The notes beneath the pieces were generated by a model that did no database searches, was not told where the DNA came from, and saw only the letters and a list, made by a program, of their open reading frames with translations. A stretch of 64,000 nt of DNA from an uncultured Verrucomicrobiota bacterium (GTDB taxonomy: Bacteria > Verrucomicrobiota > Kiritimatiellia > PWTM01), in the NCBI GenBank assembly GCA_964610105.1, contig CAZSUU010000015.1:11600-75599 (forward strand), written 5' to 3'. Shown in pieces: positions 19,510 through 28,098 of this stretch. How positions within the stretch are numbered: the first letter of the stretch is position 1; the number at the start of each line of letters is the position of its first letter. Position numbers and translations under genes: made by a program.

Positions 19510-20366
19510 AGGTGATCGGGGTCACGGCAAACTGCGCCAAACCGCGGGCCCCCGAGGTCCTGGCCCGCCTTTCGGGCGCGGCCCGGAGCCTCGGATTCGA
19601 GCTCGTGACCTGTGACGAGACGGCGGATCTGCTGCCCGGTTCGCGTTCCCTGCCCCAGGCCGACTTCGTGCAGTCGGTCGACGTCCTCATGGCGCTGGGG
19701 GGCGACGGCACGATGCTTCACGCCGCGCGCATCCTCGACGGGCACGACATCCCGGTCATCGGCGTGAACCTCGGCAGCCTGGGCTTCATGACCAGCGTCA
19801 CCGACGGCGATCTCGAATTCGCCCTCGAAAGCCTGCGGGGCGGCCAGTTCACCTTCTCCAGGCGGACCGTCGCCGAGGCCGCGCTGTGGCGCAACGGCCA
19901 GTCGCTCGGCGCCCACCGGGCGCTTAACGACATCGTCATCGGGTGGGGGGAAACCTCGCGGGTGGTCACGCTCAATCTGACCCTGGACGACGAGGGCGTG
20001 GGCACGTACATCTGCGACGGGCTGATCCTGTCGACGCCCACGGGCAGCACGGGGCATTCGCTCTCGGCCGGCGGCCCCATCCTGCTGCCGGAATCGCCGG
20101 TCTTCGTTCTGAACCCGATCTGTCCGCACACCCTCAGCAACCGGCCGCTGGTGGTGCCGGACCGTTGCACCATCGAGATCACCGTCGTCGATTCCTCCAA
20201 GCGGCAGCTCTTCGTGGTCGACGGGCAGGACCACCAGAAGATCATGAAGGGAGACCGCGTCGCGGTCCGCCGCGCCGCCACGGGCATCCGGTTCGTCCAC
20301 CTGCCCGGCTACAGCTACTTCTCCCTCCTGACGCAGAAACTGCACTGGCGGGCGTCGAACATCTGA
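19506..20366 (+). CDS. nadK: NAD(+) kinase
   Basis: GGDGTML motif and the NDIV and DGLILSTPTGSTGHSLSAGGP motifs. The ATG overlaps the tlyA stop (ATGA). Internal start of ORF 19431..20366. Confidence 0.85.
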   Translation: MKVIGVTANCAKPRAPEVLARLSGAARSLGFELVTCDETADLLPGSRSLPQADFVQSVDVLMALGGDGTMLHAARILDGHDIPVIGVNLGSLGFMTSVTDGDLEFALESLRGGQFTFSRRTVAEAALWRNGQSLGAHRALNDIVIGWGETSRVVTLNLTLDDEGVGTYICDGLILSTPTGSTGHSLSAGGPILLPESPVFVLNPICPHTLSNRPLVVPDRCTIEITVVDSSKRQLFVVDGQDHQKIMKGDRVAVRRAATGIRFVHLPGYSYFSLLTQKLHWRASNI

Positions 20367-20392
20367 GGCCTCCGCAAACGCAAGGCGCGGTC

Positions 20393-22183
20393 ATGGGTGA
20401 TGCGTCAGAATCCGAACGGAGACCGAGACCTCAATCGGCAGCGTCGCGGAGAGGGATGGTCGTCGGGATCCTCGGATCGAGCCTGCTCGCCGCCGGCTGT
20501 CTGATCGCCCCGCGTTCGCGGATGCCTCGAACGCTGGAGTTCCCGGCCGACCGGTCACTCGGAGAGATCCGGGTTCGAACCGTCGGTGCGGCGGAGGCGG
20601 TCGACGATTGGCGCTTCGGCGGAACGAAGGGGTGGCGGAAGCTGGCGCCCGCGCGGGGCTTCGTCCGGGTGCCACCCGGTGTGGAGGCACGCCTGTTTGT
20701 GGCAGAGGAGGCCCTGGCTGACCTCTCGCCGCTCTCGCGTCTTGCACCCGACGCCCTGGAAGGCATGGTGGTCACTGTGGCGCAGAGCGGTGTCGACACC
20801 TATGAGGGGCGCTGGCTCAAGGACATTGGCCATCTGCGGGGCTTGAGGAGCCTGATCATCCGGGCCGGCGTCCACAACGAGTCGCTCGCCGCGATCGCCG
20901 GGCTGCGGGCGCTCGAACACCTCGACCTTTCGTCGGCGGGCATCGACGGGAGGGCGTTCGAGACCCTCGGCCGGCTGCGCGGCCTGCGCCGTCTCCAACT
21001 GCGTCTCGGCGCCACCATCCTGCCGGAGGCCTGGTCCCGCCTGACCCACCTGACGGCCGTCCAGGAACTGAGCCTTTACGGTGCACAGACGTGCGAGTTC
21101 GCCACCGCCGCCATCGCGAAATTGCCTGCGCTCAAACGGCTCTTCCTGCGACAGGGCATCGTCTGGACCGCGGACGGCATCCGGCCCCTGGCGACCCATC
21201 CGGCGATCGAGCGGCTCTCGCTGTACGACATCACCTCGACGGCCATGCTCGCTGAGGTGGCGCGGATGCCCCGCTTGCGCAACCTAAGCGTTCGCATCGA
21301 CGAGGAGATCTCGCTCGCCCCGCTCGCCGGCGCCGCGTGTCTCGAGTCCCTTTCGATCGGCGGCACCCTTTGCGACCGGTCGATGGCGGGTCTGGAGGGT
21401 TGCCGCCGCCTCAAGTCAGTCAGCGGCCACGCGGATTTCCAGATGTTCTGGCCCAACCTCGCGGATCGAGGGCTGGAGATCCTGGGCCGGATTCCGACGC
21501 TGGAGTACATCGCGCTGGGCGACGGCCAGTTCACGGATGCGGGGCTGGAACACCTGTCGGCCCTCCGCCGGCTGCGCGCGCTGCGCTTGCCCAACTGTTC
21601 GGAGTTCACCGACGCAGGGCTCGCAGCGATCGCCGCCTGCGCGGGTCTCGAAGAAGTATACTTCCACGGCGACCATTTCACGGACGCGGGGGTGGAACGT
21701 CTGGCGAGCCTTCCCCGGCTTCGCTCCCTGAGACTCATGACGGCGCCCCGATTGACCGATGCCGGCATCGCGGTGATCGGCCGCGCGCGCAGCCTTCGCG
21801 AATTGGCGCTGTTTGCGCCGAAGGCGACCATGGGTGGCCTCAACGTCCTGGCCGCGCTGCGCGAACTCGAACACCTGAGTTCAGGGGGTGCGCGGGCGGA
21901 AGGGGCGATGCTCGATCTATCGTCCCTGCGCGCGTTGAAAGAAGTGGAGATCGGAAACGCGCGCCCCGGCGATACGCAGTGGCTGGCCGGCCTGCCGCAG
22001 GTGGAGTCGCTGCTCGTCCGCCTCGCGGAACCGATCGGGGATGCCGCGTTCGAGCGGCTCGCGCGCATCCCTTCGCTGCGCAGCCTCCGTCTCTACCCCC
22101 GCGCCAGGGCGGCGGTCTCCGACGCCGCCCGCGAACGCGTCAAGAAGGAGCGGCCGGACCTGGAGATCGTGACCTTCAACTGA
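20393..22183 (+). CDS. leucine-rich repeat protein, probably a lipoprotein
   Basis: About 20 tandem LRRs of roughly 24-26 aa (LxxLxLxxCxxITDAGL type). A possible lipobox, LLAAGC, follows the alternative start at 20456. The 5' part of ORF 19943..22183 overlaps nadK and is not coding. Confidence 0.65.
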   Translation: MGDASESERRPRPQSAASRRGMVVGILGSSLLAAGCLIAPRSRMPRTLEFPADRSLGEIRVRTVGAAEAVDDWRFGGTKGWRKLAPARGFVRVPPGVEARLFVAEEALADLSPLSRLAPDALEGMVVTVAQSGVDTYEGRWLKDIGHLRGLRSLIIRAGVHNESLAAIAGLRALEHLDLSSAGIDGRAFETLGRLRGLRRLQLRLGATILPEAWSRLTHLTAVQELSLYGAQTCEFATAAIAKLPALKRLFLRQGIVWTADGIRPLATHPAIERLSLYDITSTAMLAEVARMPRLRNLSVRIDEEISLAPLAGAACLESLSIGGTLCDRSMAGLEGCRRLKSVSGHADFQMFWPNLADRGLEILGRIPTLEYIALGDGQFTDAGLEHLSALRRLRALRLPNCSEFTDAGLAAIAACAGLEEVYFHGDHFTDAGVERLASLPRLRSLRLMTAPRLTDAGIAVIGRARSLRELALFAPKATMGGLNVLAALRELEHLSSGGARAEGAMLDLSSLRALKEVEIGNARPGDTQWLAGLPQVESLLVRLAEPIGDAAFERLARIPSLRSLRLYPRARAAVSDAARERVKKERPDLEIVTFN

Positions 22184-22195
22184 GCCGGGGGGACG

Positions 22196-22378
22196 CTACA
22201 GGGGGCGGAGCCAGATGAGGAGCCCTCCCGCGACCGCGAGGAGGGCGGTGAACAGGGCCGTCCTACGCCGGAAGGGTCTGGAGCCCAGCCCGGCGGCGAT
22301 GTCCGCCTCGTTCCGTTTGCCGACCAGCGCGCCGATCAGCAGGGCCAACACGAAATCACGAACGAGCGTCGGATCCAT
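22196..22378 (-). CDS. hypothetical small membrane protein
   Basis: 60 aa from MDPTLVRDFVLALLIGALVG. Two predicted TM helices. No family recognised. Weak call. Confidence 0.3.
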   Translation of the reverse strand: MDPTLVRDFVLALLIGALVGKRNEADIAAGLGSRPFRRRTALFTALLAVAGGLLIWLRPL

Positions 22379-22392
22379 CGCATGGCCCTCTC

Positions 22393-22448
22393 GGGCTTCG
22401 CGGGCGAAGTCGAAGAACCAGACTCCAGGGCTTCGCAAGCGAAGCCCT
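22393..22448 (-). terminator. two tandem GC-rich hairpins immediately after the larC stop (candidate terminator or attenuator)
   Basis: AGGGCTTCGC-AA-GCGAAGCCCT is a perfect 10-bp stem abutting the larC TAA stop. A second hairpin GGCTTCG-CGGG-CGAAGTC lies about 25 nt further on. There is no clean U-tract. Confidence 0.4.
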
Positions 22449-23692
22449 TACGCACGTTCCGCAGGGGCGTCGCCCGCCGACGCCCGTGCCGCCTCGAAGA
22501 CCACCCGCGGCGCCACCCCGTGTTCCGTCGCGCGTGCGATGCAGTCTTCCATCTCGGGCGCTCGAGTGACCACGCCGCCCTTCCACTCCCCGATCTTCAC
22601 GCGGATGTCGCCGTAGGGCGTGGGCACGGCCTCCCACCGCCGCGCCAGCACCGTCCGCCGCACCGCGTGCTCGCGCACGCCGAACGTCGTGGATTGACGG
22701 AAGATGAGGTCGAGCAGCGCCTCGCGATGCTCCGGCCGGCAGAGCACGCTCAGCAGCACGCCCGGCCGGTGTTTCTTCATCTGCACGCCGACGGTGAATA
22801 CATCCAGCGCCCCGGCTTCGAGCAACCGCGGGAGGAGGGCGCCGATCCACTCCCCGGAACAGTCGTCCATCTCGCATTCCAGGACCAGGCAATGCTCCAC
22901 GGCGCCGGCCGGCTCATCCGATTCCATGAGCACGGCACGGAGCGCATTCGGCCGGCCCTGGAGTTCATGGTGACCGAATCCCAGTCCGGCCCGCACGACG
23001 CGGCCCTCGGCCGGCGCGGCGGCCACGGATTTCCACTCCATCAGCAGGGCCGCCCCGGTCGGCGTGACCATCTCCTTCTCCTCGTCCACGCGCCGGACGG
23101 GAAAGCCCCGGAGCAGTTCCACCACGGCCGGCGCGGGCAGCGGGTACTCGCCGTGGGCGCAGCGGACGGTCCCGCCCCCGACGGGCAGGGCGCCCACGTC
23201 CACCGCATCGACGCCCAGCGCGTGCAGGGCCCAGCAGGCGCCGACGATGTCGGCGATGGAGTCGGCGGCGCCGACCTCGTGGAAGTGGATCTCCTCGAGC
23301 GGGCAGTTGTGTACGCGCGCTTCCGCCTCCGCCAGGCGGCGGAAGACGGCCCGGCTCCGCTCCGCCACGGGGCCCGGCAGCTTCGCGCGCCCGATGAGGC
23401 GTTCGATCTCCTCGAGATGGCGGCGCGTCCCGTCCGAGTGCCGCGGACCGTGCCCGTGGGGTCCGTGGGCGTCCGCGTGTCGCCGGCGCACGACCCGCCG
23501 CGTGTGCACACGCACCGCGGTCCCCGTCAGCCCGTGGCGCGTTTCGCGCCGGGCCTCGATGCGGATCGGCTCCATCGGGAAGCCGTCGAGGGCCGACTGG
23601 ATCGCGTCCGGGGCCACGCCGAGGTCCACCAGCGCGCCCAGCACCATGTCGCCGCTGGCGCCGCCGACGCTGTCGAAACGCACGAACTTCAC
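22448..23692 (-). CDS. larC: nickel-pincer cofactor biosynthesis protein LarC (CTP-dependent nickel insertase)
   Basis: N-terminal MKFVRFDSVGGASGDMVLGAL matches the LarC/DUF111 signature. GTG start overlaps the larB stop (GTGA). 414 aa. Confidence 0.8.
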   Translation of the reverse strand: MKFVRFDSVGGASGDMVLGALVDLGVAPDAIQSALDGFPMEPIRIEARRETRHGLTGTAVRVHTRRVVRRRHADAHGPHGHGPRHSDGTRRHLEEIERLIGRAKLPGPVAERSRAVFRRLAEAEARVHNCPLEEIHFHEVGAADSIADIVGACWALHALGVDAVDVGALPVGGGTVRCAHGEYPLPAPAVVELLRGFPVRRVDEEKEMVTPTGAALLMEWKSVAAAPAEGRVVRAGLGFGHHELQGRPNALRAVLMESDEPAGAVEHCLVLECEMDDCSGEWIGALLPRLLEAGALDVFTVGVQMKKHRPGVLLSVLCRPEHREALLDLIFRQSTTFGVREHAVRRTVLARRWEAVPTPYGDIRVKIGEWKGGVVTRAPEMEDCIARATEHGVAPRVVFEAARASAGDAPAERA

Positions 23693-24438
23693 CGCGGTTC
23701 TCCGATCCGGTTGATCATCGCCGCCGCCACGCCGGCGCCGAATCCGTTGTCGACATTCACCACCGTGATGCCCGGCACGCAGCTGTTCAGCATCGCCAGA
23801 AGGGCGGCGATCCCCCCGAGGTTCATGCCGTAGCCGACGCTGGTCGGCACGGCGATGACGGGGCAGTCCACGAGCCCGCCGACCACCGACGGGAGGGCCC
23901 CTTCCATCCCGGCCACGACCACGATCGCGCGGCAGCCGCGCAGCATGTCCACATGCCGCATCAGCCGGTGGAGGCCGGCGACGCCGACGTCGAACACGCG
24001 CTCCACGCGGGCGCCGAGCCGCTCGGCGGCCAGGGCGGCCTCCTCGGCCACGGCGATGTCGGAGGTGCCGGCGGTCACGACGGCGACGCGTCCGACCGGC
24101 TCCGGGCGGGGTCCGGCATCCAGCGTGATGCAGCGCGCGGCCTCGTGGTAGACGGCGGCCGGGTGGGCGGCGCGCACGGCGGCGGCGGTCTCGGCGGAGG
24201 CGCGGGTGGCCAGGACGTCATGCCCGCGGGCGATCATGGCGGAGGCGATGGCGGTCACCTGTCCGGGCGTCTTGCCCGCGCAGTAGATCACTTCCGGCAC
24301 GCCGCACCGGCGCCGGCGGTCCAGGTCGACCCGCGCGAACCCGAGATCGGATTCCCGCCCGTGCGCGATCCGCTCCAGCGCGGCGGCCACGTCCATCCGG
24401 CCGGCCGCCACCGCCTCCAGGAGTTGCTTCCAGTCCAT
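23689..24438 (-). CDS. larB: nickel-pincer cofactor biosynthesis protein LarB (PurE-like carboxylase/hydrolase)
   Basis: PurE-like C-terminal domain (VAVVTAGTSDIAVAEEA and AIVVVAGMEGALPSVVGGL). GGAGGGAG Shine-Dalgarno sequence upstream of the ATG at 24438. The 5' extension of ORF 23689..25008 overlaps the next gene and was rejected. Confidence 0.8.
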   Translation of the reverse strand: MDWKQLLEAVAAGRMDVAAALERIAHGRESDLGFARVDLDRRRRCGVPEVIYCAGKTPGQVTAIASAMIARGHDVLATRASAETAAAVRAAHPAAVYHEAARCITLDAGPRPEPVGRVAVVTAGTSDIAVAEEAALAAERLGARVERVFDVGVAGLHRLMRHVDMLRGCRAIVVVAGMEGALPSVVGGLVDCPVIAVPTSVGYGMNLGGIAALLAMLNSCVPGITVVNVDNGFGAGVAAAMINRIGEPR

Positions 24439-24464
24439 CTTCTCCCTCCGCCGCCGGCGGCCGC

Positions 24465-25184
24465 CTATGCCTCGAACGGCCGGCGCCGCGACCTGCACGT
24501 CCGCACCCGCCGTTCCGCCGCCATGCAGGCGACGGTGCGCGCCATCGTCTCGTTGTCCATGCTTCCCGTGTTGAACACCACGTCGTACAGGAGGGGATCG
24601 TCGATGTTCTTGCCGTAGTAGTCCCGCACCAGCCGCGCCCGCTCCTGTTCCTGCTTCCTCATCTCCCGGCGGGCCTCCTCCAGCGTGTTGCCCAGCACCT
24701 CCATCATGCGGCGCACGCGATGCTCCTCCGGGGCCACCAGCCGGACGTGGATGCCCGTCCGCAGGTCGCTCGCCACGCACATGCCGGCGCGCCCGATGAT
24801 GACGACCTTGCCGATGTAGGCCAGGAAGCGGACGACGCCGGCGATGCGTTTCTGCAGCAGGTATTGCTCGGCGCGTCCCACGAACATCTCGTAGACCTGC
24901 TGATGCAGGCCCACCTCGTATTCCTCCCGGAGGAGCGAATCGAACGAGGCCTGGTTCTCGGGATCCTGGGCGAGGTAGGCGCAGAGCTTCTGGTCGAACA
25001 GATCCCATCCCCGGTTCCAGGTCTCGTCGGGCCGGGCGTCGAGGTGCCGGATGATCTCCCGCCCGAGCGTGTGACCGCCCGCGCCGGGCTGACGGGAGAT
25101 GGTCACGAAGGGATAGCCGTGGTCCGCGACGTCCACGTCTTCCTCGCGCTCCAGGTAGCGCTTCAGCAGTTCCGCATGATTCAT
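24465..25184 (-). CDS. cytidylate kinase-like family protein (P-loop NMP kinase-like)
   Basis: P-loop-like VTISRQPGAGGHTLGREI near the N-terminus. Size (239 aa) and pattern match the cytidylate-kinase-like PF13189 family. Lies directly upstream of larB in the same orientation. Confidence 0.6.
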   Translation of the reverse strand: MNHAELLKRYLEREEDVDVADHGYPFVTISRQPGAGGHTLGREIIRHLDARPDETWNRGWDLFDQKLCAYLAQDPENQASFDSLLREEYEVGLHQQVYEMFVGRAEQYLLQKRIAGVVRFLAYIGKVVIIGRAGMCVASDLRTGIHVRLVAPEEHRVRRMMEVLGNTLEEARREMRKQEQERARLVRDYYGKNIDDPLLYDVVFNTGSMDNETMARTVACMAAERRVRTCRSRRRPFEA

Positions 25185-25473
25185 ACGACTCGCGACTCCG
25201 CTCCCGGCCGCGAACGGCAGCCGGCCGGCCCCGGCCGTTTCATGTCTCCGCGCCAGCCCGTCCTCTCGTGCGCACCCGCGCCGCCTTCGGCGGCTGTCCC
25301 GCCGCTGTTCTCACGAGCGCCGCCTCCTCGGTGACACCCTTCGCGCCGTCGCCCGGTCGTGCGGCACAACCATCCGACGTCGCCCGTTCGGCAAGGCCCC
25401 GAGGGCAGGGCGATTGTGGCCATCCTTCGCCCGCAGTTCAAGCTTTCCCGTACGGGGTGGCCCCCGATACCAT

Positions 25474-25770
25474 GAAGGCATGGATGGCGACGGCAGGAGC
25501 GACGGGTCGCCGGGGCCGGCCGACGGGGGCGCGCCGCGGGGTTCGTCATTGTTCGGGGTGCAACTCGCGGTCGGTTTCCTCCTGCTCGCGTGGCTGGGGG
25601 GATGGGTGGGCCGGCGCCTCGGCCATCCCCGCGGCGGGGTGCTCGCGGGTGTGCTCGCGGGATTCGGCTATCTCGCCTTCGAGACGTGGAAGGCCATCCG
25701 CCTTTCGGGCGATGACACGCCCAACCGCCGGCCACCCCGGCCTCCGCCGGGCGACTCGCCGGACGTGTGA
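25474..25770 (+). CDS. AtpZ/AtpI-like small membrane protein preceding the ATP synthase operon
   Basis: Two TM helices (LFGVQLAVGFLLLAWLGGWVGRRLG and GGVLAGVLAGFGYLAFETWKAI) as in the ATPase_gene1 family. Internal ATG of ORF 25414..25770. Confidence 0.5.
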   Translation, partial: EGMDGDGRSDGSPGPADGGAPRGSSLFGVQLAVGFLLLAWLGGWVGRRLGHPRGGVLAGVLAGFGYLAFETWKAIRLSGDDTPNRRPPRPPPGDSPDV

Positions 25771-25912
25771 GGCGGTCCGCCGCGGCCGGATCGGTCGTTT
25801 CGGCGGAAATCCGCCTTCCGTCCACGGGGGGGGCGGGCGGGCCCCGCCGGGACACCGCGCCATTGCCGAAAACGCGCGGGCATGCGATAATGGAGCGGGT
25901 GTAGGGTTAACC

Positions 25913-26719
25913 ATGAGCGAATCAGTACAGGTGGCCTCGTCCGTGTCGGGCGCGCGCGAGGCGGTGAAGGAATTCATCTTCCAGCACGTGCTGTATCATC
26001 ACACCGACGTGGACCAATGGAACATCCCTTTCGTGCATCTGCGCTTCCTGGACGTCTTCCGCTCCGACGCCTTCATGCTGTTCCTCGGCGCCGCCCTGCT
26101 GGTGGCGATGGCCGCCGCCTCGCGGAAGGGGCGCGGCGAGGTGCCGAAGGGATGGGCGAACGCGGGCGAGTTGTTCGTGAAGTTCATCCGCGACCACATC
26201 GCCGTGCAGTTCCTCGGGCCGGAGGACGGGCGGCGGCTCACCCCCCTGCTCTGTTCGCTCTTCCTCTTCATCATGTGCATGAACCTCCTCGGGCTGGTGC
26301 CCATCTTCAGCGCCCCGACCAGCAACCTGAGCGTCACCGGGGCGCTGGCGCTGGTGACCGCCGCCTTCATGGTGTTCGGCGCCCTCGTCCGCAACGGCCC
26401 CGCGGGGCTCCTCCGGGCCTTCATGACCCCCGGCGTGCCCGCACCGATGCAGCTTTTCATGGTGCCGATGGAGATCGTGAGCACCGTCAGCAAGGTGGGC
26501 GCCCTCATGATCCGGCTGTTCGCCAACATGCTCGCCGGCCACATCGTCATCTTCGCCATGATCGGCATGGTGGTGATCATCGGCTGGTATGCCCTGCCCG
26601 CGGTCCTTTTCGCCGTGGCGGTGTTCTTCTTCGAGCTGTTCGTCTCCTGTTTCCAGGCGTACATCTTCACCCTCCTTTCGGCGGTGTTCATCGGTCAGAC
26701 CTATCACCCGCATCACTGA
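25913..26719 (+). CDS. atpB: F0F1 ATP synthase subunit a
   Basis: The conserved Arg-containing helix LFANMLAGH and the overall hydrophobic profile. Internal ATG (MSESVQV) of ORF 25268..26719. Confidence 0.85.
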   Translation: MSESVQVASSVSGAREAVKEFIFQHVLYHHTDVDQWNIPFVHLRFLDVFRSDAFMLFLGAALLVAMAAASRKGRGEVPKGWANAGELFVKFIRDHIAVQFLGPEDGRRLTPLLCSLFLFIMCMNLLGLVPIFSAPTSNLSVTGALALVTAAFMVFGALVRNGPAGLLRAFMTPGVPAPMQLFMVPMEIVSTVSKVGALMIRLFANMLAGHIVIFAMIGMVVIIGWYALPAVLFAVAVFFFELFVSCFQAYIFTLLSAVFIGQTYHPHH

Positions 26720-26737
26720 GGCAAGAAAGGACATGCG

Positions 26738-27001
26738 ATGGATTCCATAACGAATGTCGTACTCGAAACCGCCGCGCAGACCGCCGTCGCCGCCCCGCTG
26801 AACCTGGCCGCGATCGCCGCCGCCCTCGTGACCCTCGCCGTGGGGATCAGCATCGGGTGGATCGTTTCCTCCGCCCTCGCCGGCATGGCCCGCCAGCCCG
26901 AGATGGCGCCGAAACTCCAGACGCTGACGCTCATCGGCGCCGCGCTGATTGAAGGGCTGGCGCTCTTCGCCATGGTGATCTGCTTCCTCGCCCTTGGCTG
27001 A
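26738..27001 (+). CDS. atpE: F0F1 ATP synthase subunit c
   Basis: 87-aa hairpin proteolipid with ALIEGLALFAMVI. AAAGGA Shine-Dalgarno sequence upstream. Confidence 0.9.
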   Translation: MDSITNVVLETAAQTAVAAPLNLAAIAAALVTLAVGISIGWIVSSALAGMARQPEMAPKLQTLTLIGAALIEGLALFAMVICFLALG

Positions 27002-27004
27002 GCC

Positions 27005-27538
27005 ATGACGCTTCTGCCGCCGCTGGCATCCGCCGGCGCCGCACCGGGGGGCCCCGGGGGCGTGATGGATATCTCGAACACGATGGTCGTCCTGACGTGG
27101 CTGGCGTTCGGGATCGCCGCCTGGCTCCTGCACCGCATCGCCTGGAAGCCGATCCTGCGCGGGCTGGAGAAACGCGAGCACGACATCGCCCGATCGGTCG
27201 CCGACGCGGCGCGCGCGCGCGAGCAAACGGCCCGGGCGCTCGAGGAGCAGAAGCGGGTCCTGGAGGAGACGGGGATCAAGGCCCGCGAGATCCTCGACGA
27301 CGCCCAGCGCACCGCCGCCACCATGACGGCCGAGATGGAGAACCGCGCCCGCGAGCAGGCCCGCAAGATGGTGGACGAAGCGGCGGCGGAGATCGAACGC
27401 CGCAAGGTCCAGGCGATGGCGTCCCTCCAGAACGAGGCGGCCGTCCTGGCGGGGGAGCTCGCCGCCCGCATCCTGGAGGAGGAACGCCCCTCGGAGGCCG
27501 CCCGGCGCTATACGCGACGGCAGATCGACCACCTGTGA
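27005..27538 (+). CDS. atpF: F0F1 ATP synthase subunit b
   Basis: A single N-terminal TM helix followed by a long charged coiled coil. An alternative start exists at 27065 (MDISNTM). Confidence 0.75.
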   Translation: MTLLPPLASAGAAPGGPGGVMDISNTMVVLTWLAFGIAAWLLHRIAWKPILRGLEKREHDIARSVADAARAREQTARALEEQKRVLEETGIKAREILDDAQRTAATMTAEMENRAREQARKMVDEAAAEIERRKVQAMASLQNEAAVLAGELAARILEEERPSEAARRYTRRQIDHL

Positions 27539-27551
27539 GGCGGAGCCGTCC

Positions 27552-28091
27552 ATGGGCATGAAGAACGAACGTCCACTCCGTGCGGCGGTGAGGGCCCTGC
27601 ATGCGGCCGCGGTGGCCGGGCAGGCCGCGGAGACCGTCGGCCGCGACCTGGAGTCCGTCGGGCGGCTGCTGGACGAGGTGCCGGGACTCGAGGCCGCCCT
27701 CCGCGACGCGGGGATGCGCTCGGACGCGCGCCGGGGGCTGATCGACGCCCTCTTCCGCGGCCGCGTGCACCGCCTCGCGTACGACTTCATCGTCCGGATC
27801 GAGCGTCTCGGCCTCCTGCCCCACCTCCGGCGGGCGGACGACCTCTACCGGCGGCGCGACAAGCTCCACCGGGGCGTGCGCGAGGTCGAGGTCGTATCCG
27901 CCATCGCCCTGCCGCCGGAGGACGCCGAGGCCCTGCGGCGACGCGTCGGCGGGGGCGACGCGGCCGTCGTGTTCCGCTTCCGGGAGGACGCCTCGCTTCT
28001 GGCCGGCTTCACCGTCCGCGAGGGCGACCGGATGACCGATTGCAGCGCCGCGAACCGGCTCGCCCGGTTCCGGCGGGAGATGATTCGATGA
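27552..28091 (+). CDS. atpH: F0F1 ATP synthase subunit delta
   Basis: OSCP/delta-like, 179 aa. Sits between atpF and atpA. Confidence 0.72.
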   Translation: MGMKNERPLRAAVRALHAAAVAGQAAETVGRDLESVGRLLDEVPGLEAALRDAGMRSDARRGLIDALFRGRVHRLAYDFIVRIERLGLLPHLRRADDLYRRRDKLHRGVREVEVVSAIALPPEDAEALRRRVGGGDAAVVFRFREDASLLAGFTVREGDRMTDCSAANRLARFRREMIR

Positions 28092-28098
28092 GAACGGG

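Noticed and set aside
19943-20392. N-terminal 150 codons of ORF 19943..22183
   Set aside because: These overlap nadK in another frame. The LRR protein starts at the ATG at 20393 or 20456.
24439-25008. 5' extension of the larB ORF
   Set aside because: Overlaps the cytidylate-kinase-like gene. larB has its own Shine-Dalgarno sequence (GGAGGGAG) and ATG at 24438.
25922-27790. 622-aa minus-strand ORF across atpB, atpE and atpF
   Set aside because: Antisense to unmistakable ATP synthase subunits.
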